Below, in pieces: positions 46,670 to 54,062 of a stretch of 64,000 bases of DNA. The translations under genes were made by a program, and so were the position numbers. Below the pieces are notes generated by a model that ran no database searches, was not told the origin of the DNA, and saw nothing but the letters and a program-made list of their open reading frames with translations. Source of the DNA: Candidatus Multivoradales bacterium (lineage in GTDB: Bacteria; Acidobacteriota; Thermoanaerobaculia; Multivoradales; J023); contig CBDFLE010000006.1 of assembly GCA_965248925.1 (NCBI GenBank), positions 4,960,001 to 5,024,000 on the forward strand. The letters run 5' to 3'. The first letter of the stretch is position 1; each line of letters starts with the position of its first letter.

Positions 46670-48922
46670 TCACAAAATCTCCACCACCACCGCCCCCCGC
46701 ACCTTCGCCATACAAGCCAGGCGGCAGGAGCCGGCTTCTAGATCGCAGATGTCTTCCAGAGTCTCGGCTTCGCCGTCGGTGGCTTCGGCGGCCAGGTTTT
46801 CTTGGCCGCTGAGGATGCGGATGGGGTCGCTGCCGCAGATGCCGGCGTGGCATTCGGCGGAGATCTTGATGCCGTTGGCTTCGGCGATCTCGCAGATGGT
46901 CTGGCCGGGCTCGGCGGCGCAAATTTGGCCGCTGGGTTGGAAAGTGACCGAGGGGCCATCGCTGGTGACGGCTGGCGGAGTTGCTGGCAGGGGCTGGATG
47001 GCGGTGACGTGCTTGGCCGGGCCTTGCTCGCTATCGTGGACGGTGTCGCGATTGGTGGTGAAAAGGAACTTCTGGCTGCCGGCGCGGAAGCGGTCACCCT
47101 CTTGCAGGTGGACGGCGTTGCGCACTCGCAGGAAGGTGCCGTTGACGCTTTTCAGGTCTTTGGCCAGCAGCTGGCCGCCGCTGACGGTCAACGCTAGCTG
47201 GCGGCGGGAGAGGGTGCCGTCGTCGGCGTCGAGCACGAAGTCGGGGGCGCGGCGGCCGAGCACGCTGGTGCCGGGGCGTAGGATGTGTTGGCCGAGTTCG
47301 CGGCCGCTGGAGTCGTAGTGGGTGAAGGCCCAGCTGTCGCCACTGCCGGCGAAGAGCAAGAATTGCCGGCCGGCGCGTAGCAGGTCACCGTTCGACAGGG
47401 TGATCTTGCGCTGGCTCGGCAGGTAGAGGAAGAGGCCGCTGTCGGAACCGTCGTCGCGCAGCATGCAGCCTTCTTCGGTGTGAGTGACCGAGGCGTGGCG
47501 CGGAGCTAGCAGGGTGTCGGTGGGGAAGTCTAGATCGCAGCCTGAGCGACCGATGGTGCAAACGTCGTGCGGCTCGATGCCGTGTTCGGATCCTTCGACG
47601 CCGCCGGGCAGGAGGCGGATCAGCCAGGCGACGGCGCTGCTCGGCCGGCGGTCGCGCTCGAGGCTGGCCGGCGGCGGGCCTGACGATGCCTCGGGGGCGA
47701 GGGAGGGCAGGGCGGCGAGGTCGTATTCGGGCTCTTCGGCGTCTTCTAGCGTGACTTCGATGTCGGTTTTGCCAGCCAGGCGTTGGGCCACCACTTCGGC
47801 GACGAAGACGCCGTCGCGCAGCGCCGATTTGATGTTGCCACGGTGTTTGACCTCGCGGAAATCAGCCGGGTCGGCGGCGAAATCCTCGGTTTCGAAATAT
47901 GCTTGGCTGAGCATGTCACCAATCAGATAGACGTTGGCTTGCTCGCTCTCGAGCAGGCGGTTGACCACCATGCGCCGGCGGTTGCGGGGGCCGCCCTGCG
48001 CCATGTGGATGCCGAGTTCGGCGAGCAGCTTTTCCGGGATGTCTTCGCCGATGCAAGCGATGCAGCTCTCTTTGGCAAGTTCGAGATGGACGCTCTCCGC
48101 CGGCCGATCGGCCATCTGGCGTCGGTCGATACGAATCGACAAATAGTCGCGGCGATCTTCGCCGGTGACCACCGCGGTGGGTTCGCTGCGCGGGTAGTAG
48201 CGGATGTTGCCGTTGCCGATGTAAGCCTCGAAGAAAACCTCGGCCAATGCCTTCGAGACTCGTGGCATGCGGTCGCCGCGGTAGCTCCAATAGACCGAGG
48301 TCTTGTCGTCGGCGGCGAATTTGGCTTGGGAGATGGCGATGACCGATTCGGCGGCTGAAGTACCGCCGCCGATCACGCAGGCGGGCTGGCCAACAAAGCG
48401 CTGGGGATCGTCGAGGCGGAAGGCGATGCCATCGGTGTTGCCCGGAATGTCGAAGCGGCGGGGCACGCCGCGGCCGATGGCCAACACCAGGTGGCGGGTC
48501 AACAGGGAGACCTCGCGGCGCTCGCCGTGGTGCCAGGCGATGACTCGCAGCAGACCGTCGTCGCGGCGCTCGAGGCCGGTGAGTTCGAGGCCGATCTGGC
48601 GCGGAACTTGGTGGCGCTGGTAGGAGGCTTTCCACTCGACGCACATATCGTCTTTGTCGATCGGCGCAAAACACAGGCAGTCGATCAGTTCACCCGCCTT
48701 GGGGAAGCACATGGCGTCGCCACCACCGAAACTGGGCAGGATCAGCTTGTCTTTGGAGTAATCGCGGATACGCTTCATCAAGTCGTCGAATTCGATCACC
48801 ATCGCGTCGAGGCCGAGTTCCTTGGCGCGGAAGGCGGCGGCGGTGCCTCCAGGGCCGCCACCGACGATCAGCAGATCGTGTACCGCTGGCTGCGGTGGGT
48901 CGCTGTTCGGGGTCTCAGTCAT
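46670..48922 (-). CDS. FAD/NAD(P)H oxidoreductase (TrxB-like fold, no CxxC) fused to two FHA domains and a [2Fe-2S] ferredoxin
   Basis: IVGGGPGG, VIGGGTSAAE, WSYRG, VYLIGD; TIGR..PRHA and LGRR..LSRRQ..SVNGTF; CHAGICGSD...CRLAC. Confidence 0.88.
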   Translation of the reverse strand: MTETPNSDPPQPAVHDLLIVGGGPGGTAAAFRAKELGLDAMVIEFDDLMKRIRDYSKDKLILPSFGGGDAMCFPKAGELIDCLCFAPIDKDDMCVEWKASYQRHQVPRQIGLELTGLERRDDGLLRVIAWHHGERREVSLLTRHLVLAIGRGVPRRFDIPGNTDGIAFRLDDPQRFVGQPACVIGGGTSAAESVIAISQAKFAADDKTSVYWSYRGDRMPRVSKALAEVFFEAYIGNGNIRYYPRSEPTAVVTGEDRRDYLSIRIDRRQMADRPAESVHLELAKESCIACIGEDIPEKLLAELGIHMAQGGPRNRRRMVVNRLLESEQANVYLIGDMLSQAYFETEDFAADPADFREVKHRGNIKSALRDGVFVAEVVAQRLAGKTDIEVTLEDAEEPEYDLAALPSLAPEASSGPPPASLERDRRPSSAVAWLIRLLPGGVEGSEHGIEPHDVCTIGRSGCDLDFPTDTLLAPRHASVTHTEEGCMLRDDGSDSGLFLYLPSQRKITLSNGDLLRAGRQFLLFAGSGDSWAFTHYDSSGRELGQHILRPGTSVLGRRAPDFVLDADDGTLSRRQLALTVSGGQLLAKDLKSVNGTFLRVRNAVHLQEGDRFRAGSQKFLFTTNRDTVHDSEQGPAKHVTAIQPLPATPPAVTSDGPSVTFQPSGQICAAEPGQTICEIAEANGIKISAECHAGICGSDPIRILSGQENLAAEATDGEAETLEDICDLEAGSCRLACMAKVRGAVVVEIL

Positions 48923-49938
48923 CGCTCACTGCCTCCGCTACTGGCTGGGTCTTTCTCGGCTAGGTCCTTCTCGGTCGGATCGGCCTCGATCCAAATCAGC
49001 CGAGCTTCGAGTTCGCCGAAGTGGATCTCGCTGCCGACCTCTACCACGGTGGGTTGGTCGATCGCCTGGCCGGCGACAAAAGTCTTGTTCTGACTTCCCA
49101 GGTCGCTCACCGTCACCTGCTCGCCCTGGCGGTGGAGGACGGCGTGGCGGCGCGATAGGGAAGGACTGTCGAGCTGGATCTGTGCCTTACGGCCGCGGCC
49201 GAGCAGATTGTCGCCCGGCTCCAAGATGAACCTCTGGCGGCTGCTGTCAGCGGTTTGAATCTCCAGAGCGGGGACCCGTGTCGGGGGTTCTTCGGCAGGG
49301 GAGTCGCTGCTGGCGAGGCCCTCGCTGAACAGCTCGTCGAGCCCTTTCTTGGGTTTGGCAAAGGGCGAAGTCGGCGGGTCGGTCGGCCCTGTGGATGGCT
49401 CTGTGGTCGGTTCTGTGGATGGCGCCGTGGCCGGGGCGCCTAGGTTCTGTGGTATCTGGAAGGGGAGCTGTTCAATGCGGGTGCCTTCCTGGTCAACCGG
49501 CTTCTTGGGCAGCGGGATCATGCTGGGAACTTGCAGCGGCTGCTGCTCGATCTGGGTGACCCCGAGAGGGTCGCTGGGGGCGGTGCCCGCAGTGGGCTCG
49601 ACCACGTCGGCTCGGGCGCTCGCCGGGGCGCTGGTGGGTTGCAGGTCTTGGAAGACGAAATCGAGTTCCTTGGCCAGGGTGATGACATGCAAGTGACCGA
49701 GGCGTTCGGCCCTTTGCACCCGCAGACCGTCGAGTTCGGTGCCGTTCAGGCTGTCGAGGTCTTCGAGGCGGTAGCAGCCGTTGTCGCTGTCCCACTTCAG
49801 GCGCGCGTGGTGGTTCGAAATCAGGCCGCTGTCGAGCGCTATTTCGTTGTCCGCGGAGCGGCCAATACGAGCTTCGCTGGCGATTTCGAACGAGGCTCCG
49901 GCGTGTTCACCCACTTTGCAGAACAGCCTGGCACGCAT
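48919..49938 (-). CDS. Double-FHA-domain protein with Pro/Thr-rich linker
   Basis: IGRS..ISNHHA..DLDSLNGT and LGRG..LSRRHA..DLGSQNKT. Confidence 0.9.
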   Translation of the reverse strand: MRARLFCKVGEHAGASFEIASEARIGRSADNEIALDSGLISNHHARLKWDSDNGCYRLEDLDSLNGTELDGLRVQRAERLGHLHVITLAKELDFVFQDLQPTSAPASARADVVEPTAGTAPSDPLGVTQIEQQPLQVPSMIPLPKKPVDQEGTRIEQLPFQIPQNLGAPATAPSTEPTTEPSTGPTDPPTSPFAKPKKGLDELFSEGLASSDSPAEEPPTRVPALEIQTADSSRQRFILEPGDNLLGRGRKAQIQLDSPSLSRRHAVLHRQGEQVTVSDLGSQNKTFVAGQAIDQPTVVEVGSEIHFGELEARLIWIEADPTEKDLAEKDPASSGGSER

Positions 49939-49967
49939 GATTCTTGGGCCCCTCTCAGATTTTCGTT

Positions 49968-51542
49968 TCAGTCCAGATAGAGCAGCAGGTCGGCGTGGTG
50001 GCTCTTGTCCGGGTGGAAACTGTGGCAAGTGATGCAGCTATCAGACGCCAGCCGCGGATTGTGACACTGCTGACAGGTCTCGATCGGTGGCAGGTTGTGC
50101 ACCGATGCCAGATCGCCGCTGGTGTCGACCTCGCTGTCGGCCAAAGCAGCGGCGATGGGAATCTGCGAGTGGCAGTCCAGGCAGCGCAATTCGAGGATGT
50201 GGGCGCCGTGGTTGAATTCGGCGCGGCGCAGGGTCTGCTGGTTCTTTTGTACCCGCACCAGAGTGCCGTCCCGCAGCTGGTGGCACTGCTGGCAGGGCTG
50301 GCTGATCTGGCCGATCAATTCTTCGATCTCCGCGGCTCGCTCGGCGCTGACCTCGTCGCGCCGCGCGCGGCTTTCGGCGAAGAGGAACTGACTCTCGTCG
50401 AGGGGGGTGAAGGGATCGCGCAAGGCTTGTCGCAAACTGCGCAGCTGGGCGTCGATCTGGCTCAGTTCTTGTTGGATCAGCGGTTCCGGGCGACCCCGCA
50501 GGACGAGGGCGAGCAGCTCCAGATTGTCGATCGCTTCCTGATAGAGCTCGCCGAGTTGGTGCGGTGCCACGTCGGCGGTGGTGGTCAGCAGGTCGGCGAG
50601 TTCGGAGCTTTGCCACAGTTGGTCGCGCAAGTGGCGCAGGTTGGTCAGGATCCATGGGTCGCGGTGGTGGATGACTTTCTTGATCACCCGCGAGCCCACC
50701 TCTTGGAATTCGGCCGCGCTGGTGTAGTCGGCCCAGCGACTGGCCGGGTCGTGGCGCTGGCGGATCATCGCCAAGGTTTCGACTCCTGGAGGCTGATCTT
50801 CGGCGCGGCCGATCGGCAGGCGAGGGGTCCGTACCGCGGTATCCAGATGGCAAGCATCGCAGCTGCGATCGAAGTCGATCGGTGCGAAGTTCTTACCGTC
50901 GGCGAGGGGCTGGTGGCAAGCCAGACAGCTGCGTTCGACATCGATCCATCCCTGGCGTTCGCTGATCTCTCGCACATGGCGGATATGGCCAAAGCTCAGT
51001 CCAGCGCCGTCGGGGATGTTGTCGGCGATGACATCGAATTGGGGGTGCTGGTCGCCGAACGAGCCGAATTGGTGGCAGTCGAGGCAGCGCGAGTCGGCCA
51101 CCTGAGTGATGTTGGCGTCGCGACCCCGATGCTCGGGATGGCAAGCGGCGCAGGGGCTTTCACCGTCGCGACTCTCGAGACGCTGGAAGTCGTTTGAACG
51201 GTAGAGGTAGTGAGCCGAGAAAGTGTAGATGCCGAGCTCGTCGCCGGTTTTTTCGTGGCAGCTGGAACATGCCTGGTTGGTGACCCGTGAATCCTGGTGG
51301 CAGGCGGCGCAGTCGTTTTCCAACACCGCATGATTCGACGATAGGGGGCCACTGGAGACGAATTTTGCCTGACCCAAGAAGAAGTCGGTTGCCGCCCACG
51401 CGAGCAGCGCGACCGCCAGCAGAGCACCCAGCCATAGCAATTTGGATGTCGAGGCCAGTCGCGGGTAGCGAGTGGCCACCGGCAGCCGGGCCTTGCCGAA
51501 AGTGCCTTTGCGCCCGCGTTGATTGTTGGAATCACTCATCAC
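49968..51542 (-). CDS. Membrane-anchored decaheme cytochrome c (c3/c7-like)
   Basis: Ten CxxCH motifs; N-terminal TM; SSGPLSSNH, FGHIRH and FNHGAH distal-His motifs; helical insertion between hemes 6 and 7. Confidence 0.92.
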   Translation of the reverse strand: MMSDSNNQRGRKGTFGKARLPVATRYPRLASTSKLLWLGALLAVALLAWAATDFFLGQAKFVSSGPLSSNHAVLENDCAACHQDSRVTNQACSSCHEKTGDELGIYTFSAHYLYRSNDFQRLESRDGESPCAACHPEHRGRDANITQVADSRCLDCHQFGSFGDQHPQFDVIADNIPDGAGLSFGHIRHVREISERQGWIDVERSCLACHQPLADGKNFAPIDFDRSCDACHLDTAVRTPRLPIGRAEDQPPGVETLAMIRQRHDPASRWADYTSAAEFQEVGSRVIKKVIHHRDPWILTNLRHLRDQLWQSSELADLLTTTADVAPHQLGELYQEAIDNLELLALVLRGRPEPLIQQELSQIDAQLRSLRQALRDPFTPLDESQFLFAESRARRDEVSAERAAEIEELIGQISQPCQQCHQLRDGTLVRVQKNQQTLRRAEFNHGAHILELRCLDCHSQIPIAAALADSEVDTSGDLASVHNLPPIETCQQCHNPRLASDSCITCHSFHPDKSHHADLLLYLD

Positions 51543-51573
51543 TCATCTTTCGCTCATCAGTAGAGCACTACCC

Positions 51574-52425
51574 TCAGTAGAGCACCACCATCGCAATGTG
51601 CAGAACGATCAACGCCAACACCGCCAGGGAAATCGGCACATGCAGGTAGAGCCAGACACGCAGCACTGGTTGCAGAGTGTAGTGGGCGTCGATCTCGAGT
51701 TTAGCGCGGTAGAGGTGTTCGAGTTCTGCCAGGCGTTGACGCTCTTCACCGGCCAGGAAGCGCGCCAGGTATTCGAACTCCTTGAGCTTGTTGTTGAGAC
51801 CGCCGGTGATGTCGACAAAGTAGGCCAGCCGGCGCCGCGGCTGGCTCAGGGTGGCGGCGACCTGGTGTTCGTAGAGCCGCCGCACCGGCTCGCTAGCCGC
51901 CACCGCCAGAGCCTCGGCCTGGCGGCGAATATCTTCGGTGAGTTCGGGAATGCGCTGGTAGTTGATCTCGGTCCACAGGCCAGAGGACAGCACTTTGGGA
52001 ATCCACCGCTGCAGCACGACGCCTACCAGTCCGCTGAGAACGGTCCACAAGCTCAGCCCCCACAGCCAGAGATTGAGAGCGCCGGTGGGCAGACGGAAAG
52101 CGCTGTGCATCAGCAACAGCAGGGCGAAGAGCAGACCGCCGTAAAGGTGAAAATCCAGCCAAGCACGGGCGCTGCCCAGCCGCCGTCGCGACACCCAGCG
52201 CATCAGCCGCCGGCGAGCGCCATAGAGCGCCACCCCGAGGCAGAGCAGGGCAGCGGCGATACCCCAGCCGATACCCCAGGCATTGCCCGGACGCACTTCA
52301 CCGAAGCCAAGCTGCCACAGGTAACTCAGCACGCAGAGCAAGGAGACCACGCCGAAGGTGAGTAGCGAATTCCGCGATCCGCCCAAGCCGTAGCGCTGGC
52401 CAAGTCGCCGCGGAACTTTGTTCAT
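51574..52425 (-). CDS. Polytopic membrane protein with His-bearing helices (possible heme b)
   Basis: WLDFHLYGG..LLMHS and WLYLHVP..VLHI; about five TM helices; ATG 52425 overlaps the upstream stop. Confidence 0.85.
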   Translation of the reverse strand: MNKVPRRLGQRYGLGGSRNSLLTFGVVSLLCVLSYLWQLGFGEVRPGNAWGIGWGIAAALLCLGVALYGARRRLMRWVSRRRLGSARAWLDFHLYGGLLFALLLLMHSAFRLPTGALNLWLWGLSLWTVLSGLVGVVLQRWIPKVLSSGLWTEINYQRIPELTEDIRRQAEALAVAASEPVRRLYEHQVAATLSQPRRRLAYFVDITGGLNNKLKEFEYLARFLAGEERQRLAELEHLYRAKLEIDAHYTLQPVLRVWLYLHVPISLAVLALIVLHIAMVVLY

Positions 52426-54062
52426 CGTTCCTCCCGGGCGAGGTCGAGCAAATTGGTGACCTCTTCCAGAGAGCCTACTCGGGTGGCGCAGCCTTGCGGA
52501 CAGTTGCTGACGCAGGCCGGCTCGTGACCGGTGTCGTGGCAGAGGTCGCATTTGCTGGCCACTCGCCGGGGCTGACCGCGCAGGGCTTGGGGCAGCATGT
52601 CCCCAGGCCAGGTCTCGCCGGTGTCGTGCATGAGGATGGCGTCGTAGGGGCAATTGCCGCCACAGGTGCCGCAGCCGATGCACAGCAGGTCGTCGATCTC
52701 GATCACTGCCTCGATGCCGGCGCGATGAATGGCGCCGGTCGGACAGCCAATCAGGCAAACTGGGTCGCGGCAGTGGTAGCAGGAGCGGGCGATCAAGATG
52801 TCGCCGTGTTTGGCCCCCTCGCGGACGAAACGGGCGCGGCCGCCGTGAGTATCGGCACAGGCTCGCACACAGTCGTCGCAGCGGGTGCAGGTTTCGAGGT
52901 CGATGGCGAGCATGCTGGTGCCTTGCACTAGGCCGCTGCTGAGCGCCGCGTTGGTGAATTTCGCGTGGCCGATGTCGCGGCGACTGTAGCCGGCCTCTTT
53001 GATCCGCTGGATAGCGCTGCGCCACAGCTCTTGCTCGATCTTGGGTGAGCTGCCGACCAAGTCGGCAAACACCCGCGCCGGTATCTCCACTAACTCGGCA
53101 TGCTCCACCGCGGTGGCGGTGACCTGCCAGCCGTCCAGATCTTCGACCAGCAGCTCGACTTCGCCCAGAGTCATGCCCTTGGACAGATAGGACACCGCCA
53201 GATCACCCTCGCCGAAGCGTTGCGACAGCTTGACGAAGCCGGAGCGCATCAGGTAGAGCGCCGCCACCGGCTCGCCCTGGCGGACGATGGGCTCTTCGGG
53301 CTCGCAGGAGCGCAACGCGACAACTTCTTTGATAGCGCCCAAGAAGAGATCCGAGCAATGGCTGAACAGCGGAGTGCTCTTCAGCTGCGAGAGTAAGGCG
53401 CGGTCGCGATAGAGCGTGTCGATACGCTCTTTCAAAGCTGGCGACCTGCGCTTCATCGCCCGCAGCGCGGGGAGTCTGATCTGTACCAACTGACAGCGGC
53501 CAGTGGCGCGGGCGGTGACCGACTGCGGCCAGCCCGAGAGGGCGCCAATCTCGCCGAAAAGCTCGCCCTTGCCAAGCCGGGCGCCACTGCCGCGAGGCAG
53601 GTTGAAGTCCATGGTGGCGAGAAAGGTAATCTCGCCGTTCGCCGCTGGCCGAGGCAAGAAGCCACTGGCAGGGGCCAGCAGGTTGCCAGTGGGCGGCGCG
53701 GCGGGCTCGATGACGGTGCGCGTCAAGTCGAAGACCGGTTGGGAGACGGTGTGGTCGTCGATTCCGCTCAAAAAGAGATCGACAGTACCATCAGCGACAA
53801 AGAAGGCGAGGTCGAGATAGCTGCCTTCCTCGAACAGCACCGCCCCTGGCTCCCACACCGCCACCGAGATGTCGGGACTGATCTTCTCCAGAAAGCGGTC
53901 GTCATAGTCGGCGAAGATCTCGAACGCCCGCAACTCTTCGGCCTTCAGCCGGTCGGAGATCGACTCAATGCCCCCTTGGTCGCCATACGAGGTCCAGCGG
54001 TCCCGATGTTGTTCCAGCCGCCGTTGCCTGGTGACCGTGTTCGGATCTGGGAGCTGACTCAT
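52422..54062 (-). CDS. Tandem cNMP-binding-like domains fused to a DmsB/NrfC-type 4x[4Fe-4S] domain
   Basis: LFEEG..FGEIGAL and IVRQGE..LGEVEL; CTRCDDCVRAC, CYHCRDPVCLIGCP, CIGCGTCGGNCP, CDLC..PACVSNCP. Confidence 0.92.
   Translation of the reverse strand: MSQLPDPNTVTRQRRLEQHRDRWTSYGDQGGIESISDRLKAEELRAFEIFADYDDRFLEKISPDISVAVWEPGAVLFEEGSYLDLAFFVADGTVDLFLSGIDDHTVSQPVFDLTRTVIEPAAPPTGNLLAPASGFLPRPAANGEITFLATMDFNLPRGSGARLGKGELFGEIGALSGWPQSVTARATGRCQLVQIRLPALRAMKRRSPALKERIDTLYRDRALLSQLKSTPLFSHCSDLFLGAIKEVVALRSCEPEEPIVRQGEPVAALYLMRSGFVKLSQRFGEGDLAVSYLSKGMTLGEVELLVEDLDGWQVTATAVEHAELVEIPARVFADLVGSSPKIEQELWRSAIQRIKEAGYSRRDIGHAKFTNAALSSGLVQGTSMLAIDLETCTRCDDCVRACADTHGGRARFVREGAKHGDILIARSCYHCRDPVCLIGCPTGAIHRAGIEAVIEIDDLLCIGCGTCGGNCPYDAILMHDTGETWPGDMLPQALRGQPRRVASKCDLCHDTGHEPACVSNCPQGCATRVGSLEEVTNLLDLAREER

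Noticed and set aside
52422-52560. CDLCH in the cNMP/Fe-S protein counted as a heme c site
   Set aside because: It is part of the fourth [4Fe-4S] motif (CxxC...CxxxCP) in a protein with no export signal.
51574-53025. 483-aa version of the membrane protein
   Set aside because: The extension overlaps the cNMP/Fe-S gene out of frame; ATG 52425 has an RBS and overlaps the upstream stop.
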